Virus record (IMG/VR): IMGVR_UViG_3300028887_000075
Span: 32,001 to 96,000 of that record
DNA: 64,000 bases
Direction: 5' to 3' (one strand)
Source: a virus
Lineage: Duplodnaviria; Caudoviricetes
Of this stretch, positions 55,010-64,000 are shown one piece after another. Below the pieces are notes generated by a model. The model made no database searches. It saw only the letters and a program-made list of their open reading frames with translations, and was not told the origin of the DNA. Every line of letters begins with the position of its first letter. Within the stretch, counting starts at the first letter, position 1. A program made the translations under genes and the position numbers.

Positions 55010-58000
55010 CTATTTCTTCGGACGCTTGTAACCGAATATCTTGGTCGTGCTCTCCTTCTTCACCGTCTTCTCGCCCTTGCGTTGTTCCTTGTAGTCGCAA
55101 CGGTGCTTGGCGATGGACTTGCTGTAGAGCGTGGTGATGTAGGAAGAGGTGCCGAGCTGGTGCCCGTTGAACGCGTTGACCGAGCCGTTCTTGTCGGCCA
55201 GCCAGTCGATGACCATCTGCACGGTGCCCGCCTCGCTGGCCACGGCTTCGTCGTTCAGGGTGTATTCGACCACGAAGTCGTTGACATACCCGGCCGTAGT
55301 CGTCCATACCCAGAGATGGAGGTGGTACTTGATGTCGTACAGCGGGATATTGAGCCCGTGCTTCGCATAGTCCTCCTGGAACTCGGTAGTGCAGTGCTCC
55401 TCGACATACTTGTCTACCGGTATTCCCTTGGTGGACGCGCCGACTATGTTGCCCTTGTCGTCCACCGGTATCTGCCCGTTCTTGACCAGGTCGTTTAGCG
55501 AGGCAAGCCCCCCGGTAGGAGACACGGTGGGCAGGGCGATATCCACGATGAACCCTATGCCTATCACGGAAGGAACCGAGTCGGACTTCGGGTCGACCAC
55601 CTTTACCTTGTATGGCTTGTCCTCGTTGTACTTGTGTCCTTCGGAGTAGTAGGCATCAACCTTGCCCTGGTCCACCTCGGTGACCGGGTGGATGATGCGA
55701 ACGTCGATGTCCTTGGCCTCCTTCATTATTACGACCACCGTGGCGACAGCCTCGTTACCTGCCTTGTCCACGTAGCGGCGGGTGATTGCGTTGGTTCCCT
55801 TCTCCAGCCTCTGCAGTGTCAGGGTATCCTGGACCTCGCCGTTGACCGTCCACTTGACCTCGACCGCGTTAGTGTTGAAGATGTCGTTCTTGACCGGGGA
55901 GAGTATTTCGACGACCGGCGGGATGTCGTCATATACGATGTCGACGCTGGCGAAAGCCTTGTTTCCGAAGTCGTCCACGTACTCGTAGCCGATGGTATAG
56001 CCGATGTTGCCCTCGTCGTTCTTGACGATATGCTTCTTATCGTCCATGAAGTAGGACACGCTGGTGCAGGAGTCGAGCATGTAGGAAACAGTGAAGTCGC
56101 CCTTGCGGTTACCGGTACTCGGGTCTACCATGTAGGAGACCACGGCATCCTTGCCGTCCACCTTGGTAGTGTAGGATACGGTCTGGAACTTCCCAACGGG
56201 TTCCTTCGTCTCTGCATCGACCACCTGCTTGATGGATACCTTCACTCCGTCGCTGATAACGACCTGCTCAAGTTCAACCAGTCCGTTGCCGATGGGGGTA
56301 GCCTCCGCGGCGAACTCGTCGAGCACGTATCCGTAGTCCTCGAGATGCACCTTCTTGGACGGGAGTGTATCGAGATTGACCTCGATTTCGAACTTCTGCT
56401 CGGTCTTCCGTACAGTGTCCTTGACGGTGACGGTAATCGGGTTGTCCTTCTTGTTGACGTAAATCTTGTCGTCCTTCTGCTCCTCGATGGTGATGTAGTC
56501 GATGCTGGCAGTAGTTGACGTGGCGTTAGTCAGTGTGACAACCGGCGGGGCGTCGTTGAAGAGGATTACCACCTGGTCGCAGGAGGTCCTCTTCTCGTTG
56601 CAGACGGTAATAGTGGTGTCCCTGTGTACCTTCACTCCGAGACTGTCGAACTTGCAGACTCCGCCCTCGCATACCTCCCAGTCAATCTTGTGGTCCGGGT
56701 CGTTGGTCTTGATGGTATCCTGCTTCGGCTTGTCGTCCACTTCGGTAATCGTGGTCTTCTCAGGAACATCCATCACGCGGATGATGACCTGGGCGGTATC
56801 CGAGAAGGTTCCGTCGGTAACGATGACTGTCACGGTATCTACCGGTGTCTCCTCGAAGTCAATCGGGTTCTTGATTACGAGCTTCCCGGTGGAGTCAATG
56901 GAGTAGTTCGTGGTGTCATCGACACTGTAGACTGGCTTCGTTCCGTCATCGTCCTTTGCCGGTATGGTGCATACCTCGCCTGTGTAGTTCTCCCGGACTG
57001 AACAGGTGGTGTCGTTGACATGCACCGGTTCGTTCACGTTCTCTACCTTGATTGTGTAGTCGAGGGAGTCCCTGGCGCCGGACGGGTCAGTGACGGTCAC
57101 CTTTACGGTAATCTCCTTCTCGGCCTCGTAGTCCACCGGTTCCTTCGAGGCAATCTTCCCGGTGGAGTCTATGTCGAACCTGGGGTCGTCAATGGTGTAG
57201 GTCAGGGTGTCCCCGTCCCCGTCAGTTGCGATGACCTGGCCGACCGTGCATCCAGTGCAGTTCTCCGGGACTGCCAGGGAATCGTTCGGCTGGAGCACCG
57301 GCGTCTCGTTCACGTTCTCCACATTGATGACCACCTTCGCAGTATCGGTGAAGGTGCCGTCGGTTACGAACACAAGGACGGTATCCTCCTTAGTGGTCTC
57401 GTAGTCGAACGGAGTCTTGACAGTGATGGTGCCGGTAGAGTCGATGGAATACTTACTTGTATCGGGCACGGAGAATTCCGGGGTGGTCCCGTCCTCGTCA
57501 GTGGCGGTCACCTTGCCGATAGGACCGGTGTAGTCTTCCGGAACACTCAAGGTAGTGTCCTTGGCATGGACTGGCTCGTTGACGTCGGTAACCTTGACCA
57601 CGTAGTCTAGGGTATCTGCACCGCCATACGGGTCCTTCACGACTACCTTCACCGAGGTTTCCTTGGTGGTCTCGTAGTCGTACGGGTCGGTAACGGTGAC
57701 CTTCCCAGTAGAGTCGATGGAGAATCCGGGAGTGAGCACCTCGTATGTCAGCCTGTCATTGTCGTCATCGGTAGCGGTGACCTTTCCTGCGGAGCATCCC
57801 CCGCAGTTTTCCGGGACGGACAGGGTGTCCGGGACAAGGTCCGGGTCAACATTGAGGTTATTTACCGAGATAATGACCCGGGCAGTATCCTTGAACTCTC
57901 CGTCGGTGACGAACACCAGGACGGTATCGGCCTTGGTCTCCTCGTAGTCGAACGGCGTCTTCAGGGAGAGCAACCCGTAGGAACTGACGGTGTACCGGGA

Positions 58001-60361
58001 GGTGTCGGAAACCGAGTAGGCCGGGTTGGTGCCGTCCTCATCGGAAGCCTTGACCTGGCCAACAGTACCGATACGGCCCTCGTCCACGGTAAATGTTGTA
58101 TCCCTGACATGCACCGGCTCGTTCACGTTGTCCACGATTACTGTAATAGTGGCAGTGGAGGTCAGCGTACCGTCGGATACCTTGACCGTGACCGTGTAGC
58201 GGTTGGTGGTCTCGAAATCGAACGGGACGGTGTTGAACAGGGTACCGTCGGTGCCGTTTGTGAACTTGCTGTCGGTAACCGTATAGGTGATTGTCTTGCC
58301 TTCCGGGTCTACAGCAACGAACTTGCCGATGGTTCCGGTGAAGTTCTCGTTGACATGGAAGGTGGTATCCTTGACGGACGGGCTCTCGTTCACGTCGGTA
58401 AGCACGAACTTGACCGTGGCGGTATCGGCAAGGCCCGGGTTGGTCTTGTCGTAGACCCTGACAGTGAGCTCGATTTCCTTCGGGTCGGTCTCGAAGTCGA
58501 ACACCTTGGTCGTGTACACCGAACCGTCCGGCTGCACAGTAATGCCTTCGGCGGGTACAATGACCTCCACGGCATTGTCCCGGTATGCGGCAAGAATATC
58601 CTCGTCAGCCCACGAAATGGTACCGATTTTTGCCGGTACCGGCAAGTTTTCGCTGAAATTCACCTCCGCAGTAGTAATAACCGGGGCCTCGTTGACGTCA
58701 ACGATTGCTACCGGGAGGTACCCGGTGACAGAGTATCCGGCCGTATCGGTCAGCGTAACCTTGATTGTATCTACCGGCTGGGTCTCATAATCTACCGGTG
58801 TCAGCAGGGTGAGCACCCCGGTAAGGCTGTCGAGCGAGTAGCGGCCCTCGAAGGCGGAGTCAAGGACGAACCTGGTAGAGTCGGTCCTGTTGACCACCTT
58901 GATGTCGAACGCGGTGCCGGTGTAGTTCTCCGGCTCGGAGTAGACCGCTGTCGTGTCGAATTCCGGCCTCAATGTCAGGTCGGCGTCGATAATCTTGATT
59001 TTGAGTTCGCCGTCGGTCTTGTTGTTCGGGAGCACGGCGCCGGACTCGATGCTGATTTTCAGCACCAGGTAGTCGTTCGGCTCGACGATTGTATCCTTCT
59101 TGACGTTGACCTTGATGGTGTCGGTCGGAACCTTCTTGCCCGTAGGAATCATGACTGTCTTGGAGGATTCTCCGCAAATTGGGAAGTCGGTGACCAGGTT
59201 GAAGTCGTCTGTCGTAACTCCGTCACGCAGGTCGAAACAGTAGCTGAAGTAGACATCTACTGTAGCGGTGTCGCTCAGCTTGATTGGAATGATGACTGTG
59301 GAGTCGTTCTCGCGGAGGCCGCCGTCCTTGTTCAATTCCGGGTCGATATCCAGCGTATCCGGGTCAAACGGGACGAACTTGAAGTTCTCGCCCTTGAAAT
59401 CGTCGCCGATGTAGAGCTGGTTGGCCAGGAGCTGCCCGGCGAAGTCCAGGTTGCACTTCAGCGAAATCTTCTCGGTACTGATGAAGGTTCCCTGGATGGG
59501 CACGTTGTCGGTATTGACGAAGGTGATGTTGTTGTCCGAGTAGAACATTACGTTTCCGCGGTACTGCTTCTGGGTCTGCACCACGTCGCCCTCGTCGGTA
59601 CGGTAGATGACGTTGATTGTCGTGTGGTTACCAATCTGCAGGTCGTGGACGAAAATACGGGTAAGGCGTCCCCCGTCCTGCATGCGGATGTAGAGCTTCG
59701 CCCCCTCCTTGCCGGAACCGTTCTCGGTCTCTCGGTTGAGGTGAATCCGGTCGAAGTACACGTCGTAGGTATCCGTGCCGTCCGGGACGTCGATATAGGC
59801 CGTCCCGTAGTTGTCATCTATCAGGATATCTGCTTGGTAACCATCGGCAGGCCATTCCATGGTAGGAATCGAGAGGTTCACCGGGGGTTCCGGGAGGTCC
59901 GGGCAGGTAGAAGTGAGCGTACCTCCGGCACGGTTTATACCGGTCTGCACCGGCTGTGATACCGAGGTGTTCGCCAGGCAGACAGTCCCGCCGAACATGT
60001 GGCCACCGTTGTCGTTACCGGCAGTCAGTGCCTGCGCCCTGATTGGGCCAGTGGTAAGCTGGCAGGCGTCGCCGAGGGAAATGGAGCCTCCTGCGAGGGT
60101 GGTACCGCCAAGCGAAATCTGCTCAGCGGAGGTGATGTCATTGGCACTGCCGTTCCAGCCGGACTTGTCCGGGATGATGACGCGGCGTCCCATCTGGATG
60201 TAGTCCCTTCCGAACAGCTTGTACTTGAGCATGTAGTCGAACTCGTCCTGCTGTGCTGCCGAGTCGTCGGCGACGTTCTCGAAGTGGAACGGACGGACAT
60301 CCGCGGAGAACACCGATGTCGCCAGGGCGAGCAGGTAAATGAGCCAGTAACGCATTGTCAA
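55010..60361 (-). CDS. Giant secreted cadherin-repeat protein (Fibrobacter-like)
   Basis: Signal peptide MRYWLIYLLALATSVFSA; ~8 cadherin repeats (D[YF]ET...[DN]VNE.P); basic C-terminus. Confidence 0.85.
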   Translation of the reverse strand: MTMRYWLIYLLALATSVFSADVRPFHFENVADDSAAQQDEFDYMLKYKLFGRDYIQMGRRVIIPDKSGWNGSANDITSAEQISLGGTTLAGGSISLGDACQLTTGPIRAQALTAGNDNGGHMFGGTVCLANTSVSQPVQTGINRAGGTLTSTCPDLPEPPVNLSIPTMEWPADGYQADILIDDNYGTAYIDVPDGTDTYDVYFDRIHLNRETENGSGKEGAKLYIRMQDGGRLTRIFVHDLQIGNHTTINVIYRTDEGDVVQTQKQYRGNVMFYSDNNITFVNTDNVPIQGTFISTEKISLKCNLDFAGQLLANQLYIGDDFKGENFKFVPFDPDTLDIDPELNKDGGLRENDSTVIIPIKLSDTATVDVYFSYCFDLRDGVTTDDFNLVTDFPICGESSKTVMIPTGKKVPTDTIKVNVKKDTIVEPNDYLVLKISIESGAVLPNNKTDGELKIKIIDADLTLRPEFDTTAVYSEPENYTGTAFDIKVVNRTDSTRFVLDSAFEGRYSLDSLTGVLTLLTPVDYETQPVDTIKVTLTDTAGYSVTGYLPVAIVDVNEAPVITTAEVNFSENLPVPAKIGTISWADEDILAAYRDNAVEVIVPAEGITVQPDGSVYTTKVFDFETDPKEIELTVRVYDKTNPGLADTATVKFVLTDVNESPSVKDTTFHVNENFTGTIGKFVAVDPEGKTITYTVTDSKFTNGTDGTLFNTVPFDFETTNRYTVTVKVSDGTLTSTATITVIVDNVNEPVHVRDTTFTVDEGRIGTVGQVKASDEDGTNPAYSVSDTSRYTVSSYGLLSLKTPFDYEETKADTVLVFVTDGEFKDTARVIISVNNLNVDPDLVPDTLSVPENCGGCSAGKVTATDDDNDRLTYEVLTPGFSIDSTGKVTVTDPYDYETTKETSVKVVVKDPYGGADTLDYVVKVTDVNEPVHAKDTTLSVPEDYTGPIGKVTATDEDGTTPEFSVPDTSKYSIDSTGTITVKTPFDYETTKEDTVLVFVTDGTFTDTAKVVINVENVNETPVLQPNDSLAVPENCTGCTVGQVIATDGDGDTLTYTIDDPRFDIDSTGKIASKEPVDYEAEKEITVKVTVTDPSGARDSLDYTIKVENVNEPVHVNDTTCSVRENYTGEVCTIPAKDDDGTKPVYSVDDTTNYSIDSTGKLVIKNPIDFEETPVDTVTVIVTDGTFSDTAQVIIRVMDVPEKTTITEVDDKPKQDTIKTNDPDHKIDWEVCEGGVCKFDSLGVKVHRDTTITVCNEKRTSCDQVVILFNDAPPVVTLTNATSTTASIDYITIEEQKDDKIYVNKKDNPITVTVKDTVRKTEQKFEIEVNLDTLPSKKVHLEDYGYVLDEFAAEATPIGNGLVELEQVVISDGVKVSIKQVVDAETKEPVGKFQTVSYTTKVDGKDAVVSYMVDPSTGNRKGDFTVSYMLDSCTSVSYFMDDKKHIVKNDEGNIGYTIGYEYVDDFGNKAFASVDIVYDDIPPVVEILSPVKNDIFNTNAVEVKWTVNGEVQDTLTLQRLEKGTNAITRRYVDKAGNEAVATVVVIMKEAKDIDVRIIHPVTEVDQGKVDAYYSEGHKYNEDKPYKVKVVDPKSDSVPSVIGIGFIVDIALPTVSPTGGLASLNDLVKNGQIPVDDKGNIVGASTKGIPVDKYVEEHCTTEFQEDYAKHGLNIPLYDIKYHLHLWVWTTTAGYVNDFVVEYTLNDEAVASEAGTVQMVIDWLADKNGSVNAFNGHQLGTSSYITTLYSKSIAKHRCDYKEQRKGEKTVKKESTTKIFGYKRPKK

Positions 60362-60502
60362 CTCCCGTGTTTTTAGTTAATCTTCCGTAGTTTATCCCTG
60401 ATTGTTTCATTCTGTTTACAATATAGCGGCGAGAAAGATACCGCCCGATGCCGCTAGGCATCGGGGAACCCTTTAGGGCGGTATATGAGAGCCGCTTCCC
60501 TC

Positions 60503-60907
60503 CTATCCCTGGTTCCTAATGTACTCTACGATTGTCTTCTCGGAAACATCCCCTATTGTGGATGCAAAATACCCTCTGGTCCACAGGTGGTGCTGTCCGG
60601 ACCAGTAGTACTGGGTAAGGTAGTAATGGTACTTCTTCCACATCAGGTATGTCGACTGCTGTTTCAGTGCTTTGACGACGTTGTCGATTGATTCACATGG
60701 CCTGATACGGACCAGAAGGTGGACATGGTCCTGGTCGACCTCGGCAATCTCGACATGGAACCTACCGTTCTTTTCGGCAGCGTCGTCCATGGCAGCTAGA
60801 AGGTCATCCCGTATTGGGTTAAGTACCTTGCGGCGGTACTTGGTGGAGAAGATTAGGTGGTACCTCAGGAAGGTCTTTGCGTGTCCGAAACGTTCATACT
60901 TGCTCAT
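60503..60907 (-). CDS. tnpA: IS200-type Y1 HUH transposase
   Basis: YHLIFSTKYRR, DHVHLL, LWTRGYF..T.G. Confidence 0.95.
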   Translation of the reverse strand: MSKYERFGHAKTFLRYHLIFSTKYRRKVLNPIRDDLLAAMDDAAEKNGRFHVEIAEVDQDHVHLLVRIRPCESIDNVVKALKQQSTYLMWKKYHYYLTQYYWSGQHHLWTRGYFASTIGDVSEKTIVEYIRNQG

Positions 60908-60990
60908 GCAATAAAATATAGTTATTTTTTCGAAAAAAAGTCTTGCATTTTTAAGAAAAAATAACTAAATTATGTTATAAACTTAATGGT

Positions 60991-62268
60991 ATGAGCATGA
61001 CCGAAGAACAGCGACTTGCGAAGAACGCTTCAATCAGGGAAGCGATGAAGGCTACGCACGAGAAGCGCAAGTCGCAGGTCTGCCGTGTCTATATGCTGAA
61101 GGTACAGAAGAATGCCTTGTCAGCAAGACAGAAAGAAGACTTCAAGATGCTGTTCGTAGAAGCAAAGTGGCTGTACAACGACATCCTCAATTATGGTTCC
61201 GTTAAGGGGCAGTCCATCTTCGACTACGAGATTGGAAATACAGTAGAGGTTAAGCTTCCGGACGGGACATTCGACGGGCGAAGCCTGGACCATATCGGTT
61301 CGCAGATGAAGCAGTCCGTCTATGCCGACATCAAGGCTTCCATCAAGGCTTTGTCGAAGCTCAAGAAGAATGGATTCAAGGTAGGGAGGCTGAAGTTCAA
61401 GTCCGAAATCGGTGCAGTGTCCTTGAAGCAGTACGGAACGACCTACAAGTTCCATAACGACCACTTGGTAAAGATACAGAATATTCACGGTCTGGTACGA
61501 GTAAACGGTCTCGACCAGATTAAGGACAATGTAGAGTTCGCCAATGCGAAACTCCTCAACAGGGCTGACGGCTACTATCTGGCAGTCACGACCTATACAG
61601 AAAGAAAACCGTATTCCAACCGGCCTCACGCTGATGTCGGTATCGACATGGGTTGTCATACCTCCTTCACCTTTTCAACGGGCGAGGAGATAGACGTCAA
61701 GATTAAGGAACCGGAGCACCTGAAAAGACTGCAACGCAAGCAGAACAGACAGAAGAAGGGCTCCAATGGTCGAAGGCGAACAATCCACAAGATACGGAAA
61801 CAGCATCAGCGGCTGGTTAACCGAAAGAACGACAGGGCTAACAAGATTGTTGCCGACTTAAATAATAGGTTCAGCCTTATATACATCCAGGATGAAAACC
61901 TGTCCGGATGGCAGAAGGACGGACATGGCAAGGCGGTGCAGCACAGTTGCCTTGGACGTGTCAAGGCGAAACTGAAAGCGCAGGATAACGTCTATGTCGT
62001 TGACCGATGGGAACCCACCACGCAGAAGTGCATCAACTGTGGCAAGAAACATCCTATGCCACAGAACGAACGCACTTTCAGGTGTGATTGTGGAATGTGT
62101 ATGCCCAGGGACCTTCATTCGGCTAACCGCATGGTTCAGGAAGGTAGGAAACTAGTACCTCCGGAACGGAGGGAGTTCATGAGCGCTGACTGGTGGACCT
62201 CATATATCCTGCCCTGTCTCGGGCGGGACAAGTCCGCTGGGGTGACGCGCGAAGCTGCCACCCTTTAG
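60991..62268 (+). CDS. tnpB: TnpB RNA-guided nuclease
   Basis: VGIDMG (RuvC-I), TTQKC..CG / C.CG zinc finger, RD.HSA (RuvC-III). Confidence 0.9.
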   Translation: MSMTEEQRLAKNASIREAMKATHEKRKSQVCRVYMLKVQKNALSARQKEDFKMLFVEAKWLYNDILNYGSVKGQSIFDYEIGNTVEVKLPDGTFDGRSLDHIGSQMKQSVYADIKASIKALSKLKKNGFKVGRLKFKSEIGAVSLKQYGTTYKFHNDHLVKIQNIHGLVRVNGLDQIKDNVEFANAKLLNRADGYYLAVTTYTERKPYSNRPHADVGIDMGCHTSFTFSTGEEIDVKIKEPEHLKRLQRKQNRQKKGSNGRRRTIHKIRKQHQRLVNRKNDRANKIVADLNNRFSLIYIQDENLSGWQKDGHGKAVQHSCLGRVKAKLKAQDNVYVVDRWEPTTQKCINCGKKHPMPQNERTFRCDCGMCMPRDLHSANRMVQEGRKLVPPERREFMSADWWTSYILPCLGRDKSAGVTREAATL

Positions 62269-62351
62269 GGTGGCGGTAGTTCACAATATATATTTAAAAT
62301 GACCACACCGGTAGATATAAACTCTCTTTCCGAAGAACGAAGGGTTCCAAG

Positions 62352-62945
62352 ATGACCGAAATAGCCAAGCAGTTCTGTACATTCATCGAGAGCGAATGCG
62401 GCAGGCTCAACTGCCCCGACATGATTCCCGCCCTCAAGCAGGGATTCCATATCATTTGCGAGTCCTCCGAGCAGCTTGACATTTCCGATACCGGCCCGTT
62501 CGACATGGACTACGGCGCATGGGAAGGCGATGACTTCTGGAAGTTCACTCCCGGTACTTCCCTCGGCGAACTCCGGCTGACTCTCAACCTCCCGGCCTGG
62601 TTCAAGGCTTCCGGAGTGGCAGGCCTGCTTTCCGCCGACGAATTTGCCGGTATACTCGACGGCTGGCGCGGTGAGAACCTCAGGAACGACAACTTCGGCA
62701 CGGCCTCCATAAGCGGATGGTATTCCCGTCCTGGACAGTATGACCCGGGTGACGGCGACTGCCACTGCCGAATCGATACCCTCCCCTCCGAGGACGAGCT
62801 CTCCGGATTGCTTTCCAACGACATCGACTTCATCCAGGACACCACGTGTCCCGACCTTGGGAAGCCCGGGGTCAAGGAAGCCCTGATGTCCTCCGTACCG
62901 GAACTCGCCTCCGAACTAGCCACCTACATAGGATACGAGGACTGA
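62352..62945 (+). CDS. Acidic putative virion protein with leader motif
   Basis: Behind ATAAACT (62317-62323); FIES...MIPALKQGFHIICES. Confidence 0.6.
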   Translation: MTEIAKQFCTFIESECGRLNCPDMIPALKQGFHIICESSEQLDISDTGPFDMDYGAWEGDDFWKFTPGTSLGELRLTLNLPAWFKASGVAGLLSADEFAGILDGWRGENLRNDNFGTASISGWYSRPGQYDPGDGDCHCRIDTLPSEDELSGLLSNDIDFIQDTTCPDLGKPGVKEALMSSVPELASELATYIGYED

Positions 62946-62948
62946 CCC

Positions 62949-64000
62949 ATGTCTCTACCGGTGCCTACACAGGGTCTTCCCGATGAACTTTCCGACGCTC
63001 TCGCCGGGGGCTACCGGTATATACTGGAAGGCGTTGGTGACGCCCGCAAGGCGGAAACCCTGTACGGTTACTTCCTCCCACTGATATTCAACGACATATT
63101 CAGCAAGGATAGCCTTAACAGGCTGTACCGGTTCGCCAACAGCAAGGACGGAGAGTATGTCACAGTATCCTCCCGGGAGGAGTTCAAGGACCTTGAAAAG
63201 GGCCAGCCCCTGGTGGTCAGGTTCACCAGGAGCAACTGCCACCCGTCCTACAACGAGCAGCTTAACGTCATCGAGGTGCCGATAATGCCGTTCCTGGCGC
63301 ACGCCCAGTACAGCCTGGTTTACGGAAAGACCCGGGAGAAGCCCCTGTATCTGAAGGTGGCCATGCCGTTCGAGGAGATGTGCAGGCAGCTGGCGAAGGC
63401 ATGGCGGGAGAACACTCCAGGTACTTACGACACCACCTGCCTGCGGGATACCATCCTGCACGAGTTCACCCATTGGTACGACTTCCGGCTGAAAAGGAAG
63501 ACTATAATCAACCCCGACCGGAAGAAACCGGCATACCCAGACAGCGCCGAGGGCGAATATTCCGCCTGGAAGGACGAGAACTTCCCCAGGTACGTCAGCT
63601 CCCGGTTCTCCGGGGACGATGCCGACCTGCTCCAGGTTCCCGACTGGGTCAACCCGGACGTCATGTGGAAGGTCAAGAGGATTCGCCGGCAGATTGCCGA
63701 GAACATATCCCGGAAGAACCGGGGTCTTGCCGAAATCCCCCTCTCCGAGGAGGACGACGCCTACATCGACTGGTTCCGCAAGATGAGCAACCGGCACAAG
63801 GCGAAGGGATACCATGCGAACACGGCCGAGCTTTCCGCAAGGATTGTCGAGCAGGTTCCCTGGCTCATCGAACTGAAGGACAAGGCGGACGCCAAGGGTG
63901 AGAAGATACCGGTCCACCCGACGCTCGAGCAGATGCTTGACCGGATATTCGACATCCACCCGGACGGACCCGGGTTCATGCACGACAAGCACGAACTTAC
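62949..64000 (+). CDS. Protein with leader motif and HExxH zinc-peptidase motif (runs off window; not in ORF track)
   Basis: MSLPVPTQGLPDELSDALAGGYRYILEG...TILHEFTHWYD; no stop seen. Confidence 0.65.
   Translation, partial: MSLPVPTQGLPDELSDALAGGYRYILEGVGDARKAETLYGYFLPLIFNDIFSKDSLNRLYRFANSKDGEYVTVSSREEFKDLEKGQPLVVRFTRSNCHPSYNEQLNVIEVPIMPFLAHAQYSLVYGKTREKPLYLKVAMPFEEMCRQLAKAWRENTPGTYDTTCLRDTILHEFTHWYDFRLKRKTIINPDRKKPAYPDSAEGEYSAWKDENFPRYVSSRFSGDDADLLQVPDWVNPDVMWKVKRIRRQIAENISRKNRGLAEIPLSEEDDAYIDWFRKMSNRHKAKGYHANTAELSARIVEQVPWLIELKDKADAKGEKIPVHPTLEQMLDRIFDIHPDGPGFMHDKHEL

Larger units (their letters stand above)
60420..62284. mobile_element. IS200/IS605-family element, divergent tnpA/tnpB (left end approximate)
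   Basis: Subterminal hairpins sharing CCCTTTAGGG; right end GGTAGTTCAC. Confidence 0.85.

Noticed and set aside
1-64000. Many long antisense or out-of-frame ORFs in the track (e.g. 36912-38420 -, 58109-59959 +, 62955-63992 -)
   Set aside because: They shadow well-supported genes in GC-rich DNA and have no RBS, promoter or motif support.
1-64000. CRISPR array, reverse transcriptase or DGR template repeat
   Set aside because: No repeat-spacer array, no RT motif set and no adenine-rich copy of the 4252-4420 region was seen.

Overview
A 64-kb piece of a large, probably lytic dsDNA phage genome. The host is inferred to be Fibrobacter or a related FCB-group bacterium, from four FISUMP (Fib_succ_major) domain proteins, a Fibrobacter-like giant cadherin-repeat protein and Bacteroidota-type TAnnTTTG promoters. 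The left end (2-11 kb) is a tail/receptor-binding module with a low-GC FISUMP cassette. One FISUMP gene looks like a diversity-generating-retroelement target, but no RT or template repeat is in the window. The middle (11-55 kb) is a long, mostly + strand accessory region: PhoH, ClpP-like protease, orphan HicB, SLOG, Dda helicase, two RNA ligases, tRNA-Gly(CCC), dUTPase, IF3 with a duplicated N-domain, glycosyltransferases, Glf, NADAR, Tmk and an AAA ATPase. The best candidates for new biology are: (i) a complete four-enzyme deamidating NAD+ salvage cluster (pncB, nadD-Nudix, pncA, nadE) distinct from NARP1/NARP2; (ii) a coaD-coaE pair that could rebuild CoA; (iii) an ArfA-like ORF with an internal hairpin ahead of its stop codon; (iv) a shared helical leader motif on at least 7 unrelated proteins behind a putative late promoter ATAAACT; (v) two promoter-driven structured RNAs at about 29.4-29.6 kb. 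The right end has the cadherin gene and an IS200/IS605 element (tnpA/tnpB). All calls come from reading motifs by eye; no database searches were run.
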